DNA of 60,000 nucleotides from Felis catus (Eukaryota): positions 226,302,001 through 226,362,000 of the forward strand of contig NC_058368.1 of assembly GCF_018350175.1 (NCBI RefSeq), given 5' to 3'. Below the pieces are notes generated by a model that made no database searches, was not told where the DNA came from, and saw nothing but the letters and a program-made list of their open reading frames with translations. A program made the translations under genes and the position numbers. Of the stretch, positions 40,916-53,057 are shown piece after piece (the first letter of the stretch is position 1; every line of letters begins with the position of its first letter).

Positions 40916-43202
40916 AAAGCATGCGTATGTGTACCCAGGAGTTACGCCGTGGGATGATGTTAGAACAGAACAGAACTTGCCATTTCCGTATGACTACCTC
41001 AAGTTAACAAAGTTAACTTAGACTTAGTATAGTTAGTATTATGATAATGCTAACCTATGGTAAGGAGAAATTGCTTTGTTAGCCTTATTAAATATTGTCT
41101 TCCTGAGTGGGCTCCATGTATGCTGTTGTGGATGTTCAAGTGCACCATGGTTTGTGATGCTCCCCTTGACGGAGTTATGAAATCCAGTTCAAGGGTCCCT
41201 ACCTCTGAGATGAGTCCCTAAGTGCTTACTCCTCTCCATAGGGTGACGAAAATTACTTCTTGGGTAAACTCAATCAGGGGAAGACTCAGTGCCACCACAG
41301 CGTCTGGCACATATTAAGTTCTTAGTAAATTATTTGTTGGAAGAATAAATGAAAGGGTGTTGCCTCTGTCCTTTTTATATTCCCCTTCCCCTTCTACAGC
41401 TCATCACATGATAGTATTTGATCCAAGGGTCCACTTGGGGTAAGGATATTATCTCTTATCTACCCAGATCCTATAATAGTACCAGCTCGATAAACCTTTG
41501 GAGAGGGGTTGCAGGTTGCTGGGTACTGTCTGCTCCTTCAGAAGAAAATGACTGGAACTCCCTGGGCATCCTTTGTTTATGGAGAATGGCTGTAGTTTCC
41601 TGTCTCCATCATACGTTGATCCTCATGGGTCAGGACAGAGTTCAGACATCTTGATCTCATCAGTGTAAAACTCGGTAGCTCAGTGACTGCAAAGAGAAAC
41701 ATTCCACAGTACAGAAATGGCTAGATTGGAAATATTTAGGTCAAGGTTCCTTGTTTTTTTTGTTTTTTGGTTTTTTTAAGTGATCTTCAAGGCCATCCTT
41801 GGTACCTGGATGATGCTGGTCGCTAACACCTGAGCAAGAATTCAGAGTTTAAAGGGAGCCCTCCTGGGTGGTTCACAAGACCAGCATCCTACTTGCAGAT
41901 ATTTCTTGGGATAGCGCTGCTGGAGATGCCACATGGTGCCGGTGACAGGCAGGGATTGGGCCACCTCCAGCTTCCAAATGGAGATGTTCCTTCCCAGGTG
42001 GTTTTAGCAGACCCTAGGAGATCTAGTGGCTCGAAGGTGGGGAGAAAGCCTCTACAAAATGGACCCGTGACTTTAGGAGAGAATGGCGCACTCAGAGAAA
42101 AAGGAGGAATAGTCACATGCCAGGTACATCCCGGATGGGGTGCCCCCAATCTGAGTGTCTGTGGGAGTATTTCTCCGCCCAGGTAGAACAGCTCGACCCA
42201 CCAGGTGGCCATTAATGAAAGTGCCTGAGTTGCTCTTTGGGCACCCAGAGCTGTGTTTGGGGGCATCTCAGTGGTAGCATCAGCATCCACTGCAGACAGA
42301 TGATGACAGGCACGCCCCTTCCCCTGTGCCTTCCCTTCCTGCGACATCAAGAACCATGTCTGGTGAATGGATCGAGGAGAAACCACTTGACCAACAGCAT
42401 GCAAGAGGGAACCCCACCTGATTTCACAGATCGTCTGTGTGAACGTTTTCACTTCAGTGTTTACCAGGTCTCTATGCTCTCTCCCCTCCCCTACTGTCGA
42501 TTCAGCAGTTCTTCCAACTAATGTCTTTCTTAACTAATCATGACTGCTAGCTCTTGAACAAATGTACTCCTTTTTGTGACTTCTCTGTGAAAACTTAGAC
42601 GTGGGTAGCAATTTTATCGAATTACTTTTCCTCGTAAAAATGTCCGACCTGTGTGGTTTCATGCCGCACGCTCTTGGATATCAAGTTTCTTGAAGATTTT
42701 TTCTAATTCTGAACAAATGTCAATCTCAGAAGTCATGAACCTCAAGGACAAATGCATTTTACTTACTGCTAGCTTTATTCTGGGATCTTGACGGGAGCCG
42801 CCTGGGGCTACCTCAACTTCATGTTCCCAGGTAGTTAACCGTCCTATTGGTTAACGTGACAGTCATTAAGCAGCTGACATAGGACCCGAAGAAGGCTGAG
42901 GACAAATACATTTAAAATCAATATCTCTTAAAACCTTTTTACTTGCTAAGGCTGAAGTGTGCCATTCATCTCTCAGTACTTGCTTTCTGCCCTATTGATT
43001 TCTTGGATCTAAAGGTGTTGGTGAGTAGAGAGTCGGCATTTACTTTTTTCCAACTGAATTATAATTGTTCCTTTTAGATCACGTTGCCATATTTCCCTGC
43101 TGGGTGGTTTTAATGCTTTAAGACCTTTTAAAAGATTTATAACAACCAATAGCATAATTTTGAAGATTACTCCGTTTGCATTAGGGCCAAGGGAAGCGCA
43201 TT

Positions 43203-43550
43203 CAGGTCCACAGTTACTTATCCACAATTCTGAAATCTGGAAATCTCTGAAAGAATAGAAGATTTTTTTTTTCATTGCGTTTGGTGCAAATTAATTTGGT
43301 GACAGAATCTGACCTGAATGGATGCAAGGCTCTTTACAGTCTCTAATAATCTTACACAGTGTGACTATTTGTACCTATTGCCACGGAATACTAACATGTT
43401 TGACTAATGTTTGACTAAGGGTGCTGTTCTAGACTCTGCTAGAGGTATTTCAAAATACACCACAGGTAACTTCCTAAAATATAAAAAAAAAATTATGAAT
43501 TCCAAAATTCATCTGACTCCAAGAGTTTGGGTTAAGGAACTGAAGACCTG
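43203..43550. mobile_element. Old TcMar-Tigger-like MITE with terminal inverted repeats
   Basis: Left end caggtccacagttacttatccacaattc versus the reverse-complemented right end caggtcttcagttccttaacccaaactc. Confidence 0.6.
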
Positions 43551-43779
43551 AACCAAACTGTGAAGGTAATGATTTTTCACCCGCCTCCTAATTTTCAGCC
43601 ACAGTCACTGAACCAAGGGAAATGACCAAATGCAACTTTAAGTGGACAAGAGCTGCAGTGACCTGACTTGCTCTCTACTTCAGAAGAGAGCTTGCTCGCC
43701 CTTGGATGTCCCTCTCTGAACACCATGTTCCTCTGGCCAGGGTATTAAATGAGGCTTAACCCAATTACCAACATATTGC

Positions 43780-43785
43780 TTTATT
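43780..43785 (-). terminator. Polyadenylation signal AATAAA (probable FBXL7 3' end)
   Basis: tttatt on + at 43780-43785. In the transcript it is preceded by a U-rich tract (+ strand 43847-43863) and a UGUA element (taca at 43821-43824). Confidence 0.65.
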
Positions 43786-44867
43786 TCTTGGTGGTAGTAA
43801 ATTAAGGCTTTCTAGAGTCATACAGCACGCAGTGATTGAACATTAGAAATAAAAAAACAACAATGAGCATTCATTTTCGCAGAGGCAGGAAGGAAGCAAT
43901 GTTTTAAAACAGAGAGATTTCCTAGTGAGGCCTTTTGCTTGGTCTCTAAAAATCTGCTGAGCTGTTTCCCCAGTGACCTCTGCCATAGATTCCCACCCCA
44001 AGTGGAGGCAAAGCGGATGAAGAGAAGACGGGGAAAAAGGAGAGACGGGGAAAGACAGCATGTGCTGGGCAATGAATGTAGAGGTCACCTTTGACTCATG
44101 TTTGGAAGACAGTTTAGGTGATGCGGTCAGGTGATGGTGATAAAGGTATTTTTAATGGGACACCTATTCTCTGGTTCAGGGAGCCATTTTGGATCTCTCT
44201 TCTCATTCCGGGAGTATGAAAATACCACTTGGAAGACCCCGGTGCCAAGGGGTAGGGACGATCCTTTGTTGGCTCTCAAATTCTGAAATTTTAGACAGTC
44301 ACAGAGCAGGGGAACGCTACCTTCAACCTCATCCATGACTCTAAACCCTGTGCTATCTCCAGGATACTATTCCCAGACAAGCAATTCATTTCCCCCCGTG
44401 GCACGTAGTATCGATCGCACACTAAGTTGTTGGCGATGTTGACTGGAGAGGAGGTGATGTCATATGACGCACGAGAGAAACCCCCTGGGCAGGTGCCACG
44501 TCACTCTATCTTTTCCTTCCCAACAGAAGACAAAGAAACGCAGTGAGCCTACGGTGGGAGTGCAGCTGTTGACTTGCGTGTGGGCTCGATGTGAAATAAA
44601 TTCCATACCCCTGGCTTGGAGATGCAGAGGTTCTGTGTTGGGGCGATGGACCCTTTGAGAAAGAAATGGCTGAGTACTTGAATAGTGGTGAAGGAGAGTG
44701 GTGGCCAGAGAATAATCTGGGAAAAGTCACGTGTGGATTAACCAAAGGCAACTAAGTTTCATGAAATTGAGCAGCAGACGTTTCTTCTGGCATCCTGATC
44801 TCACACGCATGAAGCTAGCAAATGGATCGCCATCCAAATAGGGCCATTTAAAGTTCCTATTTGGTTT

Positions 44868-45083
44868 GGGGCGCCTGGGTGGCTCAGTCACTTAAGCGTC
44901 CGACTTCAGCTCAGGTCACGATCTCCCGGTCCGTGGGTTCGAGCCCCGCCTCGGGCTCTGGGCTGATGGCTCAGAGCCTGGAGCCTGCTTCCGATTCTGT
45001 GTCTCCCTCTCTCTCTGCCCCTCCCCCGTTCATGCTCTGTCTCTCTCTGTCCCAAAAATAAATAAAAAACGTTAAAAAAAAAA
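44868..45083 (+). mobile_element. SINEC_Fc in the FBXL7 3' UTR (antisense to the mRNA)
   Basis: Full length. Perfect TSD aaagttcctatttgg at 44850-44864 and 45084-45098. Confidence 0.95.
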
Positions 45084-45934
45084 AAAGTTCCTATTTGGCA
45101 ATCATTTTAACGTTCTATTCCAAGGGCCTGGTTGGTGGACCGGCGCCTGAGTTGTATCAACTTCCTTCTTCCATTTGCCTGACATTTTTGAGTGAACAGT
45201 ATTTAAACACCTGAAAGTCTGTTGTGCATTCTTGGACAGAGAACATTTAGAGAGCCATGGGAGAAGGCACCCGAGGTGGCAAATCTGCACCGTTAAACAC
45301 TTATGACTCAACCCCAAAAGGCTTCATGCGATGATGTCTGGATGCCCAAAGAAATAAATAGATGAGAAAAGTCGAAACGTGATCTGAATGACAAAGAACC
45401 AACAGGCCTGTTCCTGCCGGCTGCCGGGCAGACCTGCCTGATGCAGGCCACAGGTGCACGGAGAGGGCCTGGAAAAACCTTGGAAGACATGCGTTCTCTT
45501 GGGCCTCCCTTGTTAATTAAAAATCGTGAGGGTCTTTCCTCCTATTTGAAAACACTCAGCAAGATCACCTTGACTGGGGATATGGGCTGTGCTGTGCGTA
45601 GGAATCCCATTGCCTCCACAAGAGGGCGTGGGGTGCACCCATGTGGGAAGCCCTTGTCACAGAAAGGATCCACCTAGGGGGACAGGGAAGGTGCCCAAGA
45701 GACTCACCCACCAAAATAAACAGGGGTGGAGTGACATTCGGATTGGAGTGAAGGAACTATAGGGCATTCACGCTGGCACTTCTGAATCTCCTGAAAGCAC
45801 CCTCCAAAACCAATAGAGGTGGATGCCTCCTACGGTCCAGGCCAGGGTGCTCCTGTTTATTGACATCTCTGTCCTCTCAGTTCTAAAATGGGAAGGGAGC
45901 GGATCCTGGGGCAGGGGTGGCCTCTGATTCGGTG

Positions 45935-46010
45935 CTGGAAGCTGAAGCCCAGAGAGGTCAAGTGGTTTGCCCAAGGTCACACAGCTATTTAGCGGCAGCG
46001 CTGGGGGGAA
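45935..46010 (-). mobile_element. MIR core fragment within the 3' UTR
   Basis: ctgaagcccagagaggtcaagtggtttgcccaaggtcacacagct. Confidence 0.7.
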
Positions 46011-46149
46011 GAATGCAGCCCCCACTCCCTCTCCCTCCCCTGCACCGTGCTGCCTGGACAAGTGATTCTTTAGAAAAGGGTCCTTAGCACTTTGCATATA
46101 CCACTTTGTATGTTCTTTAACGAGAATCTGCCTGGGTGTGGGATTGATG

Positions 46150-47650
46150 GGTAGGGCTTAGGCCAATGAAGCAGTTTAAGGGGGAGGAGGTCCGGAGAGC
46201 ATCCCTATTCGGAGGATTTGTGGCTGCTCCTGGCGAGGGCGGGGTGGGGGTGGGGGTGGAGGTGGGGTTGCAGGGGGTGCGCGTAGAAGCCTGGGAGGTG
46301 GCCAGGGGCGGAGAGACAGAGAAAAGAGGCGTCCTCCAACACTCCGCCTCCAGCTTGCCGAGGCACGCCTTTCGGGAGACGAGACGCTGCCTCGCCATGA
46401 CCCGACCACACAACCGGTTCGCTGTCAACAGAAATTCGTGCCCCTCCCCCCGCTCCCCGGGCTCTCCCCCCCCCCCCCCCCCCACTCCCCCTTCCTTCCC
46501 TTGACTCCTGTGGGCCCGCCAGACATAGGGAGAAAGAAAAGCCGGATGCCTAAGAACCTTCCAGGAAGAAAGAGCTGTTACGAGCGAGCGGCGGTCGGTG
46601 CTTACATACGCTGCTTTCTAGAAAGGGGTTCGTGGGGTCCGTGCGGCGCGCGCCAAGCGCGCTCAGAAGAAGGCGGGGTTGGTGTGCTCGATGACGCAGC
46701 GCTTGCAGTGGCGCTTCACGAAGCGCAGGGCCTCCACGGACACCTCGCAGTCCTGGACGTTGAGCATCTGCAGGTCGAAGCAGTTGGCCGCCACGATCTG
46801 CAGGCCCTGGCCCGTGATGCTCTCGCAGGACTTGAGGCTGAGCCGCTTGAGGTTGAAGCAGTTCAGGGCCAGGCACTCCAGGCCCGTGTCGGACACCAGC
46901 GGGCACTTGCCGATGTCCAGGGACTTGAGCTTGGCGCAGTTCTTGGCGAGGTACTCCACGCCGTGGTCCGTGAGGCCCTCGCAGCCCCGGGCGTTGAGGT
47001 AGCGCAGCTTGCCGCAGTACTTGGCCACGTAGCGGATGCCCACGTCGGTGACGCGGCCGCAGTGGGCGATGCTGAGGTACCGCAGGCGCGACTCCAGCTT
47101 GGCGATCTCGCGCAGGCCGAAGTCGCTGACGAAGCGGCAGTCGCTGACGCTCAGCTCCTTGATGGAGGCGCAGTAGACCATCAGGTAGCGCAGGCCCTCG
47201 TCGGTGAGGCGCACGCAGCGGCGCAGGTACAGGTGGGTGAGCTGCGTGCAGTGCGCGGCGATCGTGTGCAGGCCCTCGTCCTCCAGCACGAAGCAGTCCG
47301 TCATGTCCAGGTAGCGGATGGAAATCTGTTTGCCGTGCAAGGGGGACAGTTTAATGGAGGCCTCCCGGGTCAAGCTGATGCAGGTCACTTTGGAGCACCC
47401 TGCACGGAGAGACAGAACACACGCTCAGAGAACCTCCGGGAAGGCGGGAGGCGGGGGGGTGGGGGGTGGGCTGGGGAGCCCCGATCCCCTCCGCGAAGAG
47501 GGGGGGTACCGTCGCGGGGTCCTGCTGCCCCGCCCCGCCAACGTGCGCGGCCCCGGCGTTACCCTTTCCGTCCTGTGGCCCCCGCGGAGAAGGGAAAGCA
47601 AGAACGGGTCCTGCGTGTTTATCTGATCGGGTAACAACTTCGGTTATCTG
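46150..47650. promoter_or_regulatory. Intragenic CpG island over the terminal exon
   Basis: Very high GC and dense CpG across the CDS, proximal UTR and intron end, against an AT-rich background. Confidence 0.75.
46663..47399 (-). CDS. FBXL7: FBXL7 terminal coding exon: cysteine-containing LRRs to the stop codon
   Basis: Acceptor ctgtctctccgtgcag|GGTGCTCC (AG at 47401-47400) joins the previous exon in frame (...LDVSG|CSKVTCISLTREASIKL...). Repeated xLxLxxCxxLTDxG motifs follow, ending VIEHTNPAFF-TGA at 46665-46663. Confidence 0.97.
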
Positions 47651-48939
47651 GGTTGCAGAGGCTTCCCGGGCTTTTGAGTCGGAAAACTGCGCTTTGAATT
47701 AATTCCACATCCACCACCAGTTGCCGGATGTTGGGCCAATCAGTCCTTCCTGTGTCTTAAAATGAGGGGTGATCGCTTAAAAGGAGCACTTCCTTTGTCT
47801 TAAAAGGGGGATGATCCCGTTCCCTGAAAGGTGGCTGTGACGAATAAAGGAGGCCCTGCTTGTAACACATCTTGCCCTGGCCCAGGAACGTTCCGGAAGC
47901 TCCCTAAGGGCCGATTCTCACCCTGCAGTGGTCTGGTGGCTCTGTGGTCAAAGAGGTAAGGTAATGCAAGAAGGGTTGGCCATGGTCTAGGGTTGGCAGA
48001 AAGAGCGCTGGCTTGGGAGGCACAGCTGGTTCGGGTCTACCTTTTTATGGCCCCAGGCAGGACGCCTAGCTTCTGTGTCTCAAGGTTCTCCTCTATGCAG
48101 CGAGCATGAGTAGCTGGTGTGCCTCTACTGTAGGGATATATTGAGGATTCAGTGAGATGATGGGTACAGAGGTACTTGGAAACTCCAGGGAAATACACAT
48201 AATTATGAATCTGAGATTAGGTGGCCACCTGGAGACTCAATTCAACCCTCTTTGGTCCAAGAACAACCGTGTCACCTGGATTATTGCTCTAGCGACTCAA
48301 CCAGTATCCCTGCCCTGTCCTTACTCCCAACTTTATCCTCAGAGCCGCTCTCCTGAAAAACAGAACTGGAATCATGTCACTTTTCTCAAAGCCTCTGGAT
48401 ACCACCCATGGCACTCCAGGTGTGAAACCTCAAGTCTGAGGGGGCCTCTGAGGACCGGCACCACTGTGCTCTCTGACCTCATCTCTTTCCCCACTCCTCT
48501 GACTCCACCGGCCTCCTTGCTGGTTCCCAGACACCCTCAGGTGCCTTCGGGCCTCAATGTCTATGCATTGTACCGTGCTTCCCCGGTTGCCCTGTGGGCC
48601 ATCCCCACTCTCTTGGGTCTCTGAGCAAATGTCCAACTTACTGGCCAACTCTTCCCCAATCGCCCTGTATCAAGTGATACCCCCGGCTTGACTCCCACTT
48701 ATTTTCAACACTTTTCATCACTTTGTGGCACGATGCATTTATTTGCTCATTTATGTATTTGTTGTCCTCACTCTGCAATATAAGTTCCTGAGGAAAGGGA
48801 TTCTGGGCTGTTCACTGCTGTACCCCTCATCCCTGGTTCATAGCTGCTGTTCACTAAGTATCTGTTGAATGAATGAATGAGTGAATTATGGAGTGAATAG
48901 AACCTTCTACAGGAAGATCAGAGAGGACAACTTATTTTT

Positions 48940-49242
48940 TTTTTGTTTGTAGACAACAAATATTTATTTCTCACAGTTTGGAGGCTGGGAAGTCTAAGAT
49001 CAAGGTGCCAGCCAATTCAGTTCCTGATTCCTGATGAGAACCCTCTTGTAGACAGCTGTATTCTTGCTGTATCCTCACACTGTAGAGAGAAGAGCAAGTT
49101 CTCTGATCCTGTCATAGGGGCTCTTCCCTCATGACCTCACGTAAACCTAATTACTTCTGAAAGGCCCCACCTCTTAATACCATCACACCAAGGGCTAAGG
49201 TTTCAACATGGATTTGGGGGAGACAGGCATTCAGTCCATAAC
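48940..49242 (-). mobile_element. MaLR LTR fragment (MLT1A/MST-like)
   Basis: tttatttctcacagtttggaggctgggaagtctaagatcaaggtgccagc...aaggccccacctcttaataccatcac...attcagtccata. Confidence 0.75.
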
Positions 49243-50083
49243 GCTTCCTTCTTCTTCCCACACGCTAGGCAGACCTTTCCCCTCAGGCCAGTGCTTTCAT
49301 ATCAGAAATGTCTCTAGCAGATGGAAATTAGGGATAAAGCATGCCCAGCACATGGGAGGCCCACCCCCATAGAATGGGGGGTGGGGTGGGATGAGGAGTT
49401 TTCTCTCTGTAGTTAAGTATGCACAAAATACATGACTTCACCTCTCGGCCCCTGAAGCCTATATAAGTCTCTAGGAAATACTTGCGGACCTTGGTCTAGA
49501 GTTACTTCTGCCCCACTTAGGATAATTTAAATTCAAACATTTAAATGTCCTCAGGACTTTGACCATGGCTGATGTATATGTATACTGCAAAACAGGTGTC
49601 TATTTTACAATGAATTATAATGCCTTTTATTTGTATTAAATTATGAAGTTTCCAGAATGCTTTTATGAACATTTTCTTACCTGATTCCTAATCCATTTTA
49701 TTGATAAGGAAATTAATGCTTAGGAAGACTTTTGTGTTTTGTTTTTTTTTTTAGATCTAGAAAGCCCTTTAATACTCTGTCCTTCCTCACACGATTGGAA
49801 GATGTCTTTAGCTATCTCCCTAAATCTAGCTCTTCTTACCCTAAGAATATGTGTATAAATTATACATTGTATACATCATATACTATATATAATCATATAT
49901 GAAATACGAATTTCAATATATATTTCAGTTCACTATATATTAATATATAAATATATATAATATACTGTACATACAAATATACTATATATAAAAACATACA
50001 GTAATATACATATTTTACATATGTATACATATGTATTATGCACTTTATGTGTGTATATATATATATATACACACACACACACT

Positions 50084-50329
50084 TTATGTAGTGGGATGAA
50101 GTATCTATCCATACACATTGATTTATGTTATATATTGATGGCACACCATTTATATTTATATACTAAGACTATACTGTAATATTACATATACATATATATA
50201 TTACAGCATACTTTTATGTATGTAAAATATGTATATTACAGTAGTTTTAGTATATAAATATAAATGGTGTGCCATCAATATATAACATAAATCAATGTGT
50301 ATGGATAGATACTTCATCCCACTACATAA
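50084..50329. repeat. Inverted duplication: perfect 83-bp arms with an 80-bp AT-rich spacer
   Basis: 50084-50166 is the exact reverse complement of 50247-50329. The ORF track shows the same peptide MPSIYNINQCVWIDTSSHYI on both strands. Confidence 0.95.
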
Positions 50330-53057
50330 CGTGTATATATATTTTTCATTTTCTCTGTGCTCATCCTGAATCCTTCTGGCAATTCCAAAGCCAGGTGCTT
50401 CACCTCAGGCACCTCCGTGCTCTGGCTGCTCAAGCAATACCCAAGCTCCCAAGTGGTGACATAATAGTGCTAATGGGGACTTTCCTCCCATGTCTTGGCA
50501 GGCTGCCCAGGAAACCCTTATAAAATTCAGGCCCTGGGAGTAATGAGGTTCAAAAGCCAAGTGCTACCAAGTCAAAGAATTTCAGGAAGGAGTAAAGCAT
50601 ACAGTCCAATGCTGGAGAACAAAGCTGTGACTCGTCAGAGGCCGTCCACTCTGCTCCAATAGCCTCTGTGGTTTTGCAGAAGGTGGTTCAGCTTCTGCTT
50701 TGAAAGTTGTTCCTTTCAGTTTCAACTTCGGCTTTGAAATCGTCCTTTGTTTTGAGTTTCTTTTTTTGTTAGAGCAACTGTAATCCTGTTTCTGTGGAAT
50801 TTCTATGTCCACAGTAGTGGTTTTCCCATCTGTGATGCCTGTGAAGGCACTTTGGTTTTCAAGATCATACGACAACCTTTGTTTCTAAACTCTTAGTTCT
50901 GGTTTCTTATTTATTTATTTATCTTAAATATCTAGTAAAATCCGATGCACTCCAGGAAGGACAGTATGTTTGATTCAGGGAAATATATGCCTTGTGTTTG
51001 AAACTGAGTCCCCAATTTAATGAAATACTGATTAAGCTCAGTTTTGGTGGAAGACACTACTTTGATATGCTTGCATTGTTTTAGAGCAGTAATTTTAAAT
51101 TTAAGCTTCGGTCTTAATTCCTACAGGCTTGTTAGGTTTGGCTTGAGAAGAAAATAAATTGGTCCGTGGCTGAGTAGGTAGTATCTGTGGTTAGTTCATG
51201 CATTCATACATTACAAAGGTGCAGACCACCGTAGAAATCCTCCCAATTAACCTTTATTTTTTTAAAGATGAGGTATCTCACACTCAGTAATATTATGGGA
51301 CTTGTACAGCCAGACTAGGGAACGTTTCCTGATCCAGGGCTTCAGTTATAGGAGAGGAGGTAAGAAATGACGAGGATATGGCGGGCAACTGATGAACCGC
51401 ATGAGAGATTTACTGTACATGCGTCGGCACAAAGTGAACATTTAAATACCGAGGAGTCAGGAGTCTTGGAAGCGGTGAATATCTATAAGGGGAATCTTGA
51501 CCGAGGGGAGCAGTTTGTTTACATAATATGGAGCTCAGGTAGTAAGTAACAGCACGAGCAAATATGAGAGACAAGAAAGCTGGGGGGCAGAGGGGTTGTG
51601 ACGAGTTTCCACAGGGTGGAATGCAGGGTTTCTGAAACGATTTGATGGGAACTAAGTTAGGAATGGTCCACTGGGATCAGATTATGGGGCCTGCCCTAAT
51701 ACTCAGGGTTAGGAGTATGGATAGTACTCAGTGGGAAATGAACAATATAGGTTGAACAGATCTCTGGCGTTTCTTTAGTTAGTTCCAGATTTGGTTCTCC
51801 TTTCACAAATATAATCTTCGTTAACACTTCCTCTCGTTATTGGGGTAATACCTCTACCTTCTCTGGGATATAAGATGGCGAAGTCAACATAGACCAAGTA
51901 CTGACTTCCAAGCATGTTTATAACAATGACAATCCAAAAACAATGACAACAGTCATGACTTAGTGCATGCCTGCTACACGGTTTGGAGCAGAGCATACAT
52001 GTTTATTTGATACTTAAATATTTAATATTTATGTTAACCATTGATATTTATTAATTTCCCCACCAAACCACTTCTACTGATAAGGAAGTTTTAGCTACTG
52101 TAGCTTCCTAAATGCGTGTTTAGAGTATTAACCAATGGCAATTTTGTCTGAACCTTTTAGAAGTCAAGATGACCACTGAAGACTTTGACACACATAAGTT
52201 CACATAACTGTGGTATCCTCAAGTGCAAAGACAGAACATGCCTCATTTTTGCCCTCATAAAGCTTATAATGAATTGAGAGAAAGGAATCTGGTAATATGC
52301 AAATACTCAATTGCAAAACCCAGTGATGCTTTACCTGCCTGTACTCAAAAGGCAAAGAGCTGGGAGGAAACTTAACTTGCTGGGGGTCAGGCAGGGAAGG
52401 CTTTCCTTAGGGGATACTTGGATTAGAGCTTGGCCAACGAGAAGGCTGTTAAGAGGGCTGTTGGGGAGGGACAGATGAGGGAACGGTATGTAAGCCAGAG
52501 AGGTGTCCACACGCCCCAGTGTGCACAGATGTGATGTGTTTGGAGAAACATACACACGTGTAGAGAGCCAATGGCTCCATAGAGGGGAGCACTGAGTGGA
52601 AAAAGTGACATGTGAACCTAGGGCAGCTCATGAAGGGCCGTCTACGCTTTGCTGCAGAACTCGAATTCTTCCTGGAGGTTATGGGGAGCAACCGGAAATT
52701 TTATGCAGGAAAATGTATGGTTTGACTTGCTGTTTGAAAAAAAGTCCCTCTGGAGGTTGGTTGTGTGGAGGGTCGGTTGATGGGGTTGAGATGAGCGTAA
52801 GGAGAATGGCTAGTGAATCATGCATCGTGGCAGCAGGTAGAGGAGAGGGGAGAGACTCAAGGTACTGGGCAAGTAGAAATACCTGCACAGGATTCTACTG
52901 GTTCTGTGTATAAGATCAGGAAAAGAAAAGCAAGGAGGACTCCCACGTCTCCAGCTGGAAGAGGACCCTTTGAAGCAATTTCATCTGCAATAATTACGCG
53001 GTTTTACACTTTGAAAACTGCCTGGCTTTACCACATTCCATTGGTGTTCAAAGATAT

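Larger units (their letters stand above)
43765..46662 (-). other. FBXL7: Probable FBXL7 3' UTR (~2.9 kb; end position approximate)
   Basis: Runs from the stop codon to a well-supported poly(A) signal. The length minus the SINE insertion is similar to my recollection of the human UTR (~2.6 kb). Confidence 0.65.

Noticed and set aside
41889..42521. 187-aa minus-strand ORF and neighbouring ORFs
   Set aside because: No domain, codon bias or splice support; this length can occur by chance in moderately GC-rich DNA.
1..43700. Search for a second gene or a novel multi-gene system downstream of FBXL7
   Set aside because: I found no ORF with recognisable protein similarity other than L1 remnants and no consistent exon chain. 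The region reads as ordinary repeat-rich intergenic DNA, although lncRNA exons cannot be excluded without expression data.
46438..47634. 398-aa plus-strand ORF antisense to the FBXL7 last exon
   Set aside because: It is in codon register with FBXL7. Because FBXL7 third positions are all G/C, the antisense codons cannot start with T and so cannot be stops. Its A/V/L/G/E/D/Q/H composition is the expected shadow.
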